The notes under the pieces were generated by a model. That model was not told where the DNA came from, ran no database searches, and was given only the letters and a program-made list of their open reading frames with translations. From Promethearchaeota archaeon (GTDB lineage: Archaea > Asgardarchaeota > Lokiarchaeia > Sigyniarchaeales > SOKP01), in NCBI GenBank assembly GCA_048941265.1, contig JBHLNT010000001.1:21974-85973 (forward strand): a stretch of 64,000 nt of DNA, given 5' to 3'. Of the stretch, positions 19,697 through 30,163 are shown piece by piece. The position numbers and the translations under genes were made by a program. Numbering within the stretch: position 1 is the stretch's first letter; each line of letters starts with the position of its first letter.

Positions 19697-19867
19697 GTAA
19701 TGATAACTAAAAATTTTAAATTATTAGATTTAAGTAATTGAAAAGTTAAAATTTTTATTAAATTATTTTAATCCTCAAATTAGAGATTTTCTCGAATTTT
19801 TTGCTGCTTACTTACATACAAAATTTTTGATACACATTTTAGATTTAAAAAATTAATCTTTAAAAGT

Positions 19868-20737
19868 CTATTTTTGAGAATAGATCTGATTGATTGCTTC
19901 TTTTAATATGGCAAAAATTTTTTCTCTATAATTTGGATTAATTGCAATCATGCCATGAACTTTAATCGGTGAAGGAAGATTCTCAGGTTGGAAGAGAATT
20001 TTCTCACAAAATTCGGGAGTGAGCCGATTAGGAAGGTCTTGTTTATTAGCAATTCCAATTATCAATGTATCCTTATGATATTTTCCTAAGATATCACTTA
20101 TGATTTCCTTTGATGCATTTAAATTCTCAAATGTAGAATCTAATACTAAAAGTGCAATGTGAGTCCCTTCTAATAGACTTCTCCATAATGAGTGAAACTG
20201 ACGCTGACCAGCAAAGTCCCAGAAAATAACTGGTAGATTTCCAAGTTCAGGACTCTCATAATTGGCTATATCAGCAGTTATGGTAGGAACGTATTCTAAG
20301 TCAATATCTTTACCGCATATTAAATGTAGTAGCGTTGTCTTCCCAACCCCTCCATAACCTATAATAGATACCTTAACTGCACCTAATATCACATTATCAA
20401 TAGCTTTTTCAAATCTGTCAAAAACCGAACGATCTCCATCCCAAGCCCCACCTTCAAAAACCATCCCATATTCATCAATGAATTTAGCCCTAATGCTATT
20501 AATTTTTGAATTTATATGTGCATCATCATCTTCCAAATCAGCACATACTACAATAATTAAAGATCCTACAATTGTATAGAAATATTTAAAATCTTCAGTG
20601 GCAGTGGATTTTATATCGGATTGGCTAATCTCTTTTATAAATCCCGAAAAAGCAGAAAGAAAACCAGATAAAAGATCACGATCTATTTCAGTATCACCAT
20701 AATTTCTGAAGAATAACGATTTTCCGTCTTTGAGCAT
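19868..20737 (-). CDS. roadblock/longin-like domain fused to Ras-superfamily small GTPase
   Basis: The C-terminal half carries G1 GYGGVGKTTLL, G3 WDFAGQRQF and G4 ANKQDL. The N-terminal ~110 aa (DRDLLSGFLSAFSGFIKEISQ...) is Roadblock/LC7/longin-like. Confidence 0.75.
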   Translation of the reverse strand: MLKDGKSLFFRNYGDTEIDRDLLSGFLSAFSGFIKEISQSDIKSTATEDFKYFYTIVGSLIIVVCADLEDDDAHINSKINSIRAKFIDEYGMVFEGGAWDGDRSVFDRFEKAIDNVILGAVKVSIIGYGGVGKTTLLHLICGKDIDLEYVPTITADIANYESPELGNLPVIFWDFAGQRQFHSLWRSLLEGTHIALLVLDSTFENLNASKEIISDILGKYHKDTLIIGIANKQDLPNRLTPEFCEKILFQPENLPSPIKVHGMIAINPNYREKIFAILKEAINQIYSQK

Positions 20738-20887
20738 TATGTTGACGTATTGTATTATATTTTACCACTTCAGAAGTTTTTTATTTATGTACTATATTAT
20801 TAAAATATATTTATTAAATAAACTTGATAAATTAAAAATTATTTTTTTCCAAAATTTAGATCTTTATTTGAAACAGAGGAATGTTTA

Positions 20888-21514
20888 ATGCCAAAATCGG
20901 ATGATTTGAATCAGGGAGATATTGCTAAGTTGATTGAAAATTTAAATGAAAAAATGAACGGATTTTCTTCAATCATTCAAAAGTTCGGATTAGATATTAT
21001 TACAAAAATGGGGCAAACTAATTCTAAAATAAAAGTACTTTCTGATAAAGTAGATAAACTTGATAAGACTACTTTAGATTTAAAGGCATTACTTCCAAAA
21101 TTAACCAATATTATAGATAATCAAAATATTTTGGAATCAGAAATCGATCTTATAAAATCCTTAATTCAAAGAACGAGTACTTCAATGCCACAGAATGAGC
21201 TTGAAAGAGAGATTGAAAGAGACGAATCTATTACAATGAATAAACAAGAAGTCACTGACCAATTTAAAGAATTACTGAAAATTTTAAATGATACAGAAGA
21301 GAACCAAAAGATTAAAAAAGAATTACAGAAAATAAAGGAAAATATCTTTGAATTTACTGGAGGTCATAAAATTCTTTATGAAATTTCGCAAGTTTTGAAC
21401 AAAATGAATAATGATCAATCCATTTCCGAAAGTTTGAGAAAGGAACTTAAGGAAAAAATCGAATTTTGGATTGTTAAGTTGCAAAGCACACCATTTAAAA
21501 AAGCAATAAAGTAG
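20888..21514 (+). CDS. hypothetical coiled-coil protein
   Basis: Charged, heptad-rich 208-aa ORF lying between the two GTPase genes. No enzymatic motif is visible. Confidence 0.5.
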   Translation: MPKSDDLNQGDIAKLIENLNEKMNGFSSIIQKFGLDIITKMGQTNSKIKVLSDKVDKLDKTTLDLKALLPKLTNIIDNQNILESEIDLIKSLIQRTSTSMPQNELEREIERDESITMNKQEVTDQFKELLKILNDTEENQKIKKELQKIKENIFEFTGGHKILYEISQVLNKMNNDQSISESLRKELKEKIEFWIVKLQSTPFKKAIK

Positions 21515-21565
21515 AAATACTATAATTCAAAAAGTGGTAAAATATTTAAAATAAAAATTGATTAA

Positions 21566-22135
21566 TTATCCCTTAGTTCTATATGTAAATACTAAGTTAG
21601 CAATCTTTTCAAAGATTTCATTAACGCCATTTCCCGTTAACGCAGAAGTTTCGAAATAAGGTGCATTTAATTCCTCGCTAAGGTGATTTGCCATGGGGAG
21701 GATAATCTTTCTTTCATCCTTTAAATCGATTTTATTTCCGACTAAAATTCGGGGTATCGCGCTAAGTCCATATTTTACTGTGGTATTGTACCAATTCTTA
21801 ACATTTGAGAATGTGGAACTTCTCGTAACATCGAATACAAGCATCATACCATCAGCTCCATTAAAATACGGTTTATGCAGCATGTAGAATTGGGGCTGTC
21901 CTGCAACGTCCCAGAGCATTAGATTTACTAAAGCCTCTGCACCTTTATCTTTAACTATGACTTGCTCCTTGACAATATTAACACCTACAGTCGGAATATA
22001 TTGCGTCTTAAATTTTTTTGTAGCAAATTTTGTTAGGAGGCTTGTTTTTCCAACCGCCGGATCACCAACCACGATTACCTTAAAGATAGATTCAGTCTTT
22101 CCTTGAAATACTATATCTTCATCTTTTTTCGACAT
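21566..22135 (-). CDS. Rab/Ras-like small GTPase
   Basis: G1 VVGDPAVGKTSLL, switch I YIPTVGVNI, G3 WDVAGQPQF, G4 GNKIDL and G5 ETSALTG. There is no C-terminal Cys prenylation motif. Confidence 0.85.
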   Translation of the reverse strand: MSKKDEDIVFQGKTESIFKVIVVGDPAVGKTSLLTKFATKKFKTQYIPTVGVNIVKEQVIVKDKGAEALVNLMLWDVAGQPQFYMLHKPYFNGADGMMLVFDVTRSSTFSNVKNWYNTTVKYGLSAIPRILVGNKIDLKDERKIILPMANHLSEELNAPYFETSALTGNGVNEIFEKIANLVFTYRTKG

Positions 22136-22297
22136 AAAGATTACACAATTATTTTTGTATTTTTTTCTGAATTTATTATGAATTAATTATTTAAAATATT
22201 TTACATAACTTTAGTTTTTTCATTTTGACAGCTAGTTCTTTTAATACTTTAAAAAAGTTACAAAAATATATGGTTAAATTAGATTGCTGAAATAAGA

Positions 22298-22846
22298 TTA
22301 GACTTTTAATAAGACTTCTTTAATTATTTCAAATCTTGAAAATTTATTATTCTCTCTGGAAATAAAATATACAGAATTTAAAAGAAATCGTAAATCTTTC
22401 CAAGAATTTTGTAGTGTTTCTATAATGTGATCAAGTTTTTCTTTTCCTTTAACCTGACCCACACTTAAATGAGGTGTAAACCCATTTTTGTACTTATTTA
22501 CATCATCACAATCAGGTACAATTTTAAGTAATTCCGCTTGAAGTTGAGTAATGGAATTAGTTGGCTCAGGATCTAACCAGATAGTATAATTTTGATGTCG
22601 ATGACGAAAATACCTTAATTTTCTTAAAATTATTTCGAAAGAGTGAATTTCTGAACATTTTTTAATAAAACTTTTTTCTAAATCGTCAAATTCAGCTTTA
22701 GAGCGAAATGGATATAGTAAAGTGATATGGGGCATCCATCTATGAATATGACGATCATAAATTTGCCGTATAGTTTGAATTGGGTCCCATAATTCCTTCG
22801 GTGGGATGATTACACACGCAGATGTATGCACTTTATTCATAATCAA
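22298..22846 (-). CDS. 2H phosphoesterase superfamily protein (LigT / cyclic phosphodiesterase-like)
   Basis: Two HxT/S motifs: PHITLLYPF and TPHLSVGQ. Confidence 0.7.
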   Translation of the reverse strand: MIMNKVHTSACVIIPPKELWDPIQTIRQIYDRHIHRWMPHITLLYPFRSKAEFDDLEKSFIKKCSEIHSFEIILRKLRYFRHRHQNYTIWLDPEPTNSITQLQAELLKIVPDCDDVNKYKNGFTPHLSVGQVKGKEKLDHIIETLQNSWKDLRFLLNSVYFISRENNKFSRFEIIKEVLLKV

Positions 22847-22941
22847 ATTCTCAATTATTCTTTAAGCAAGGGAAATATTAAAATTATAAGGGTAGCTATT
22901 ATTTAATTCATATAAGAAATAAAAAAAAAAGAAAATCTTAT

Positions 22942-23448
22942 ATGAAAATTAGACAAAGGCATTTCATAAAATCCTCTGAAATTAAAGTTCTTCAAGAGGA
23001 AATACTTAAAGAACATAGTAACGATTTTGTGAATCAAATATTTCCCAAAAAATGTAGAGTTGAACTTATTCTTACTGAAAAGGGGGATACCCTATATGCT
23101 ATCAACAATGTATTGAAATTATGGAAATCAAATGAAGGTTATATTCCAGTCCTAACCCTTTTATTAGAGAATAAGGTTAATTTAAAAACAATAGTTGTCG
23201 ACATGGGCGCTGTGAGATTTGTTACCAATGGAGCCGATATCATGCGTCCTGGTATTACAAAAATCGATCCTCAAATCAAGAAAGGCGATCTAGTAAAAAT
23301 TGTTGATGAGAAGAATAATCGCGCGTTAGCTGTAGGTAAAGCTATGTTTAATTCCGCAGAAATGGAGAAAATAACCTCGGGAAAAGTGATAAAAAACCTG
23401 CATACGATAAATGATGATATATGGCGGTTTGAAAAACAATTTGGGTGA
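22942..23448 (+). CDS. PUA-domain RNA-binding protein (MCT-1/Tma20-like)
   Basis: C-terminal PUA signature AVRFVTNGADIMRPGI...GDLVKIVDEKNNRALAVGKA; 168 aa. Confidence 0.7.
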   Translation: MKIRQRHFIKSSEIKVLQEEILKEHSNDFVNQIFPKKCRVELILTEKGDTLYAINNVLKLWKSNEGYIPVLTLLLENKVNLKTIVVDMGAVRFVTNGADIMRPGITKIDPQIKKGDLVKIVDEKNNRALAVGKAMFNSAEMEKITSGKVIKNLHTINDDIWRFEKQFG

Positions 23449-23479
23449 AACTGTTAAGTTCAAAAGAAAATTATCAAAT

Positions 23480-23770
23480 TTAAGAAAAAATCTCCTCTCT
23501 TAAAATTGAAATAGCAACCTCTTTTTTTCCATCATTTAATTCATTTATATTTTTACTCTTATGATGATAAGAATCTTTTAGATATTCATCAAATAGAGCC
23601 ATAATTACAATTAACGCATTTTGAACGAATAATTTATTATCTTTATCATTAATCTTATACATTAATTCCGTTATTTGGTGGCTTTTCCATAATTCTAATT
23701 TAATTGGCTCATTACGAAGGGAATTAAAATTTTGAAATAAATGATCATAAAATTCCCCTTCGTTAGACAT
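23480..23770 (-). CDS. small hypothetical protein (paralog of 24729-25025)
   Basis: Shares FVQNALIVIMALFDEYL with FVQNALIVIIALLEDYI in the 98-aa ORF. Confidence 0.5.
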   Translation of the reverse strand: MSNEGEFYDHLFQNFNSLRNEPIKLELWKSHQITELMYKINDKDNKLFVQNALIVIMALFDEYLKDSYHHKSKNINELNDGKKEVAISILREEIFS

Positions 23771-23939
23771 AACATGCTTATTAATTTAAAATTATAATAT
23801 AAGCTAGACTTTTTAAACGAATTATGTCCTACTATAACGTAAAATAGAATAACATACTAGATTTCTGATAAGGGTCTTAAAAAGAAAAATTAATTTTATT
23901 TCTCATAATAGAATGAATTAATAAAACATTTTTTAAAGT

Positions 23940-24422
23940 GTGATTAAAATGGAAGAGAATTATAACTTTAATTTAGGTAAATTAAAGATAAATCAATTGG
24001 GATATCTATATAAAAATATAGAAAAGCAAATAAAAATCATGGAATCTTTATATGGATGTCCTAAATTTGCAATCTTTGAGAATAAAGATAATATTTTTAA
24101 ATATCGTGGAAATGATTCGAAAATTACTACGCGGATCGCTATAAGTCGTTTATTCAATACACAAATCGAATTAATTCAACTAATTGAGGGGGAATGTATT
24201 TTTAAAGAATTTATGGATAGTGGAAGGGAAGGACTTCATCATTTTGGTATTTTTGTTGAAGATCTAGAACCCTATATTAAGGAATTTAAAAAAAAAGGGA
24301 TTGATGTGGTACATGCGGGTCAGACTGGAAAACAGAAGGTAGCTTATTTGGATACTGAAAAAACATTTGGCGTGTATCTTGAATTTCAGCAGACTATAAA
24401 AAGGAAAAAGAAAAAATCCTAA
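23940..24422 (+). CDS. VOC/glyoxalase-family protein (methylmalonyl-CoA epimerase-like)
   Basis: INQLGYLYKNIEK and GLHHFGIFVEDL are metal-ligand-type motifs of the VOC fold. The likely start is the ATG at 23949 rather than the GTG at 23940. Confidence 0.65.
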   Translation: MIKMEENYNFNLGKLKINQLGYLYKNIEKQIKIMESLYGCPKFAIFENKDNIFKYRGNDSKITTRIAISRLFNTQIELIQLIEGECIFKEFMDSGREGLHHFGIFVEDLEPYIKEFKKKGIDVVHAGQTGKQKVAYLDTEKTFGVYLEFQQTIKRKKKKS

Positions 24423-24490
24423 GGGATTTTTTAAAAATTTAAAAAGATTGAAAAAAATAAGAAATTCAAAAAAAAATAATTCCCTTCACT

Positions 24491-24703
24491 TTATTTTTCA
24501 TGTAATAATTTGTTTCTCTTCGCCTTGTAGTCCGGACAAATCATAAAACTAGGGAAGGTATTACACAATGAATCGTTTTTAGGTAATGTGCATTTGTCAT
24601 AAAATGCACAAATAAATTCAATCTCTAAATTAGACTCATTTTTATCCATTGTATTTATTTTTGGTGTTTTTTCTGGTAAATCTTCCATAATATTCGCATC
24701 CAA
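24491..24703 (-). CDS. small Cys-rich hypothetical protein
   Basis: 70-aa ORF with scattered Cys residues (CAFYDKC...CNTF...CPDY). Co-directional with and 25 nt downstream of 24729-25025. Confidence 0.4.
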   Translation of the reverse strand: MDANIMEDLPEKTPKINTMDKNESNLEIEFICAFYDKCTLPKNDSLCNTFPSFMICPDYKAKRNKLLHEK

Positions 24704-24728
24704 TATATAAAGACACCTTTAAAATTAC

Positions 24729-25025
24729 TTAAATTGAAATTTCTTGCTTTAAAATACTATTTAGGGTTTCTTGCTCTTGTTTGGAAATTTCTTTCAAATC
24801 TCTTCCTTTTCTCATTGGAAAATCTGGTATATAATCCTCCAAGAGGGCAATTATAACAATTAACGCGTTTTGTACAAAGTCCTTATTTTTATTCTCATCT
24901 AAGAGAATCATTAATTCGATTATTTTTTTACATATCAATAGCAATATTTTCTCACTATTTTCATTAATTTGTGAAAATTTTTCCAATACATCAATAAAAA
25001 ATTGAGTCTCATATTCCTTTTCCAA
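24729..25025 (-). CDS. small hypothetical protein (paralog of 23480-23770)
   Basis: See 23480-23770. Similar length and a shared central helix. Confidence 0.5.
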   Translation of the reverse strand: MEKEYETQFFIDVLEKFSQINENSEKILLLICKKIIELMILLDENKNKDFVQNALIVIIALLEDYIPDFPMRKGRDLKEISKQEQETLNSILKQEISI

Positions 25026-25435
25026 TCTAATTTAACAACCCTTACCCTAATGACTTTTAACTTTTAAAAAGAAGAAAAAAATTTAAAATAAAAAAGTGCT
25101 GTATTTTTCTAATTTTTCGAGATAGAAGTACAACAAATTCCAATAGAAAGTGACCTTAAGAAAATAGTCTGTAGTATTCTCTACATTAGTTTTTACTGGT
25201 TTATTTATAAATAAAAACAGTTCTATTTAAAATATGATAAGGTGTGGTAATATGAATAATTTGAAACGTTCAATTAAATATTCATATTATCTATATACCA
25301 TTTAAAATATGATCTGTGTAATATATGGTTCTATAATTGAAATATCATTATATTATTTGGATCTTATTCTAAGGATTGCTATTTGATATATGAAGATGAT
25401 TCTTAGAAAATATAATAAAATAACAAAAAGGTCGT

Positions 25436-25756
25436 GTGTATAACAGAATGAGTATGTATCGATCCTATCTTTTAAAGAATAATTTTTGGGCAAAAAAAGG
25501 AAATGAAAAGGAAGACTTTCAAAATAAAGAAAAAGTCTTCATCAAACATAATGAAAATATTGGAGGAATCTATGCAATAATTCAAGAGGGAGATAATAGA
25601 GGTGTTAAAATTATAGCTAGTGGTGAAGAACATTTCTTCAATAACTTTGACAGTCTGGATACGTTTTTAAACAGCTTGACACAAAGACAAGATGATTTCA
25701 TCAAGATTTTGAAAAGAAAGAATATTTCTAAGCGTTTGAGAAAGTTGGATATATAA
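25436..25756 (+). CDS. hypothetical protein
   Basis: 106-aa ORF with a GTG start; an ATG four codons in (25448) is an alternative. No recognisable motif. Confidence 0.4.
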   Translation: MYNRMSMYRSYLLKNNFWAKKGNEKEDFQNKEKVFIKHNENIGGIYAIIQEGDNRGVKIIASGEEHFFNNFDSLDTFLNSLTQRQDDFIKILKRKNISKRLRKLDI

Positions 25757-25877
25757 ATAAATTAGCTTTTTTGATTTTTTCATATTCTTTTATTGTCAAA
25801 ATTTTTACTAAATTAAATAATGTTAAGATCATTAATACTTTCAATAGTCAAATCGGTTTTTAAGGGATAAATTTAGA

Positions 25878-27098
25878 ATGGAAAAAAATTTCCAAAAAAG
25901 ATATTATTTAATATTTTTCTCTACAATTCTTGGACCACTTACAACAAATTCATTAGTTCCAATCTTTGAGGATTTAAGACTTAATTTTGGTTTAAATTCA
26001 ATTGCTTTAGTTTCGCTAGCAATTTCATTTTATATTCTTCCCTTCGCTGTTTTCCAATTATTTGCGGGAACTTTTTCTGATATTGTTGATAAAAAAATTG
26101 TTTTAATAATAGGATTTATTATTTTTATATTAGGTTTGCTATTAAGTTTAATAGCCGTTTTAATTAAAGTGTTCTATTTATTTCTCTTTGGGTTTTTAAT
26201 CCAAGGAATTGGTTTTTCTTTTATCAATCCTACAATTTTGGCAATATTGAGTATAATTTCTCCTGAAGATAAAAAGGGGATAAATATGGGAATTTATAAC
26301 TCTTCATCAGGATTAGGTGTAAGTCTAGGAGCTCTTTTATCTGGATTTCTTGCTAATAATTTTAAGAGCGGTTGGGTTCTATTATTTATAATTAATCCCA
26401 TCATAGCTTTCTTAGCGTTAATATTATTATTAATAGCATTAAAAAAATGCGAACCTCTAATTTGTAGAACTTTTGAGACAACAATAAAACATTCTGCAAA
26501 TGATAAACCTTCTAAACTCTTTGCTACTTTTCAACAATTAAAAGATAATTTAAAGCTACCCATCCTTTTATTAGGTACTGCGGGATTCATCTGCTTTTTT
26601 ATAGTTATAACATTGACGAATACTTTAAATGAACAATTACGGATTTCATTATCTGGTTTAAGTGAACAAGAAGTCATTTTTTATGTGAGTTTGATTTTAA
26701 CAATAAACGGATTGATATCTGTGCTCTTATCTCCTATAACTGGTTTAATGTTAAAAAAAATTAATCCAAATATAATGCTAGGTATAGGTTTTTTACTTAT
26801 GTTTACAATGATTTTTATGCCTTATGGTACTTCCATAACTGATTTTATGGTTATTAGTTTCATAACGTACATTGGTTCAGCATTTGTTTGGCCTGCGTTA
26901 TTTAAAATTTCGATGAATATAAATCCTGAGGCAGAGGGTACAAATTCTGCCATAATAAATAGCTTAAGATTCATAGGTTATTCTTTAGTAGGCCCATTTT
27001 ACTTATTCTTTGGAATTCCTATTATCTATTTTTGGGTGATTAGTCTTAATTTTGTAGCAATTATCGTAGTTATCATGTTAAGCAAATTGAAAGTTTAG
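25878..27098 (+). CDS. MFS transporter
   Basis: About 12 hydrophobic helices and a motif-A-like GTFSDIVDKK between TM2 and TM3. Confidence 0.75.
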   Translation: MEKNFQKRYYLIFFSTILGPLTTNSLVPIFEDLRLNFGLNSIALVSLAISFYILPFAVFQLFAGTFSDIVDKKIVLIIGFIIFILGLLLSLIAVLIKVFYLFLFGFLIQGIGFSFINPTILAILSIISPEDKKGINMGIYNSSSGLGVSLGALLSGFLANNFKSGWVLLFIINPIIAFLALILLLIALKKCEPLICRTFETTIKHSANDKPSKLFATFQQLKDNLKLPILLLGTAGFICFFIVITLTNTLNEQLRISLSGLSEQEVIFYVSLILTINGLISVLLSPITGLMLKKINPNIMLGIGFLLMFTMIFMPYGTSITDFMVISFITYIGSAFVWPALFKISMNINPEAEGTNSAIINSLRFIGYSLVGPFYLFFGIPIIYFWVISLNFVAIIVVIMLSKLKV

Positions 27099-27105
27099 AA
27101 AAAGA

Positions 27106-28533
27106 TTATTTAATTTGGTTTTTACGTGCTTCTAAAATTTTAGCTCTTTCATTTAGGATATTTCTTACTGTTTTTGAATCCTCTGGATACCATTTCAACG
27201 TAAAGAGCCATACCATAATGCCCGGGATTATAAATACCAATAACATTAAAATCGTTAATTGGTAATTAGTTCCAGTCATAACTAATAATATTCCTACTAT
27301 AATTGCTCCCAAGCCCCACCCTATACTCTCAACCAGTTGATTCCAAGACACTATCTTGCCCTGGGCTTCAGGTAAATTTATTTCTTGTATAAGGGGAGCT
27401 TGATTTACCATGAATAAGCTCCCAATCACGTTTGATGTAAAAAACAGCATACCCATTACCCAAATTATTGGTAGAGAAAATAAATATGGAATGTCTTGTC
27501 CTTCAGATACAGAAAAATGAGGCAACGGAATAAAAAAGATAGCCACAAAACTTACCATTCCAAAACTTAGCGAGAAGATTATAAAATAAATTCTCCTAAT
27601 TGGATGTTCTTTGCAAACTTTATCAGAGAGCCAACCAAAAGCTAATTGCCCGATTAATCCTGCGGTTAATCCAAACACAATCATAAAGACCGCAGTAAAT
27701 ATAGGGGAAAGATTATGAGGAGGAGTTTGAATATAAGGCAAAATTAACAGAATGGCACTTCCCATTAGAATATTCGAAGAAATACCCTCTACTAGGGCAA
27801 CTATATTAGTTTTGCTGAACATGGTTTTTTTCATCATTTCACGATCAATTTGAAAATCATACTTAATATCATCATGTTTAAGAATCTGCATTAATTCTAT
27901 TTGTTGAGCACCTCTCTTTGGCTCATCCATATGTATGAAAAAGATGAATCCAGCAAGTACTATTAATACGCCTAAACCCCAAAAATATTCCCTCCAAAAA
28001 CCATATTGGACAAAAAAGGAAGCTACTAAAAATCCAAATGTCATAAATAATCCCATCATGAGCCCCATGACGCCAAAAAAACGTGATCTATGGGATTTTG
28101 GAACCAGATCATTTGAGAGAGAAGCAATTGAGGGCCACGATCCCCCTGCGAATAAAGCAAAAATGAATATAAAAAATAAGAAATAAAGCCATGTCTCAAA
28201 ACCTTTTCCCTCTTCCGCAAAACCCAACATAGCAATGCTAAAACCTCTAAAAATGGAAATCATAAAGAGGATTTTCGTACGACTAAATTTATCGATTAAC
28301 ATTCCAAAAAAAAGACCGCATAAAGAGGAAACCCAAAATAATACAGTTAACAATATCCCAATTTCTAAGGCATGATAGGGCTCATCTGGCCACATTATAA
28401 GAGATAATTGAACAATTAAGATGGTGAAACCAGCATAGGCCAAAGTTTGAAGACCTCCCAGGAGATAGAGAGACCAAAAAGTTCCATGTATTGAGAATTC
28501 TGAATTTGATGTATCAGCAGGTTCCTCTGGCAT
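27106..28533 (-). CDS. MFS transporter
   Basis: About 12-14 helices and a motif-A-like GMLIDKFSRTK. Confidence 0.75.
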   Translation of the reverse strand: MPEEPADTSNSEFSIHGTFWSLYLLGGLQTLAYAGFTILIVQLSLIMWPDEPYHALEIGILLTVLFWVSSLCGLFFGMLIDKFSRTKILFMISIFRGFSIAMLGFAEEGKGFETWLYFLFFIFIFALFAGGSWPSIASLSNDLVPKSHRSRFFGVMGLMMGLFMTFGFLVASFFVQYGFWREYFWGLGVLIVLAGFIFFIHMDEPKRGAQQIELMQILKHDDIKYDFQIDREMMKKTMFSKTNIVALVEGISSNILMGSAILLILPYIQTPPHNLSPIFTAVFMIVFGLTAGLIGQLAFGWLSDKVCKEHPIRRIYFIIFSLSFGMVSFVAIFFIPLPHFSVSEGQDIPYLFSLPIIWVMGMLFFTSNVIGSLFMVNQAPLIQEINLPEAQGKIVSWNQLVESIGWGLGAIIVGILLVMTGTNYQLTILMLLVFIIPGIMVWLFTLKWYPEDSKTVRNILNERAKILEARKNQIK

Positions 28534-28756
28534 AATTTTTTTATACCATATTATCTTTTTAGTTTTAAACTGTAGAATGAGATTTCAAATTTTAAGATAT
28601 TGAAAAGTAAATATGAGAATTAACCATTATTATAAGATAAGACTTAAGAAAAAAATTTGAGATTTAAAATACGATGTAATTTTTTGATACTTATTTTTAT
28701 AAACCTTGATCTCGTTTATATTTACAATGTCTTATAAATAAATTAAATTTAATAAA

Positions 28757-30160
28757 ATGAGCGTATCTCAAAAACAAAATGTAGGTTCTGATGAATCTAG
28801 ATATTCTTCTAAAATTCATTTATCATATAGCCTTGGGAGCTTTTTCGACACTTTTTACGTGGCAAGTTTTACTGTCCGCGTTATATATTTTTACGAGAAT
28901 GAACTCTTCTTATCCATTGTATTGATAGGTACTGCTTTTATTATATATGGTTTTTGGAATATGATCAACGATCCTTTGATTGGGTGGTTTGCAGATAAAG
29001 AAACGCGATTTACTAAGCGATGGGGTCGGAGATTTCCATGGTTTTTTATAGGCGCTATAAGTATAAATTTTGTTTATATTTTTATATATACAGTTCCTGT
29101 TAACGATCAATTAGGAATGTTTATATGGCTGCTGGTAATTATTTGTTTATTTGAATTATGTTATTCTCTTTGGCAAGTTAGTTGGCTTTCTCTCTATCCC
29201 GATAAGTTTCGCTCCCAGAAGGAACGAACGAAATTAGGAGCATTAACTACCATATTTGGTCAATTAGGGACAGTTATGGGAATTGTGATTCCTCCTTTAT
29301 TTATCATATATGGAAATGTCGAATCTTATATTTTTGCCGCGATAGCAGTAGCTATTATTTCGCTTATAATCGCCTTGCTCATTATTCCAGGTATGCACGA
29401 GGATGAAGATATAATCGCACGCGAACTTAAAAACATCCAAGAACAAAAGAAAGAAGAGGAATCGTACTTACAAATAGTAAAATTCTCTATGAAGGAAAAA
29501 AATTTTGTCGCTTATGTTCTATGGTATCTTTGCTATTATATGCTTCCCTTATTGATGCTCTCATCACTTTCTTATTGGGTCATTTATATTGTAAAATATA
29601 GAAATCCAATGATAGAAACATTATTAGCGGGGATTTTTATGATAGGTGCCTTAGTATCAGTTCCGTTATGGTTAAAAATGGGGAGAAAGTTTGGTATACG
29701 AAAGATTTACATTTATGGGAGTTTGATGGCTTCAATTTGCTTTATTCCGCTGATATTCGTTTCTGATCTAACTCTCACTCTTACATTTCTTTTTCTAATT
29801 GGATTTTTCTATGGATCTTGTTGGACATTATTATATCCCGGATTCTCTGAGGTAATGGATGAGCTTGTGGTCAAAAGTGGAGAACGTAGAGAAGGTGCTT
29901 ACACAGGAATTAGAACCTTTATTGGACGGTTGTCCTTTGTGCTACAAGCGGTCATTTTCTCAATAGTTCATACCACCACAAAATTCGAAGCTGGAGCAGA
30001 AACCCAAAAACCATTAGCATTATGGGGAATACGAATTATCATGGTAATAGCTCCAATGGTATTTCTTTTCATTGGTTTCCTTCTTATGGCAATCTTCTAT
30101 GATCTTACCCCCGAAAAAGTGAACGCTAATAAAGCTCTATTGAAAGAAAAGAATTTTTAA
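28757..30160 (+). CDS. GPH-family (glycoside-pentoside-hexuronide:cation symporter, MelB/YicJ-like) transporter
   Basis: NMINDPLIGWFADKETRFTKRWGRRFPWFF matches the DPxxGxxxD..T..RWGR.RPW signature of the GPH family. Paralog of 59378-60838. Confidence 0.8.
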   Translation: MSVSQKQNVGSDESRYSSKIHLSYSLGSFFDTFYVASFTVRVIYFYENELFLSIVLIGTAFIIYGFWNMINDPLIGWFADKETRFTKRWGRRFPWFFIGAISINFVYIFIYTVPVNDQLGMFIWLLVIICLFELCYSLWQVSWLSLYPDKFRSQKERTKLGALTTIFGQLGTVMGIVIPPLFIIYGNVESYIFAAIAVAIISLIIALLIIPGMHEDEDIIARELKNIQEQKKEEESYLQIVKFSMKEKNFVAYVLWYLCYYMLPLLMLSSLSYWVIYIVKYRNPMIETLLAGIFMIGALVSVPLWLKMGRKFGIRKIYIYGSLMASICFIPLIFVSDLTLTLTFLFLIGFFYGSCWTLLYPGFSEVMDELVVKSGERREGAYTGIRTFIGRLSFVLQAVIFSIVHTTTKFEAGAETQKPLALWGIRIIMVIAPMVFLFIGFLLMAIFYDLTPEKVNANKALLKEKNF

Positions 30161-30163
30161 ACC

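Noticed and set aside
25225-25313. An exact 14-bp direct repeat, ATTTAAAATATGAT, at 25225-25238 and 25300-25313 in the 410-bp intergenic region upstream of 25436
   Set aside because: It could be duplicated TATA-like promoter elements or operator sites. In ~30% GC intergenic DNA, though, a 14-mer made almost only of A/T cannot be told apart from chance or low complexity without comparative or TSS data.
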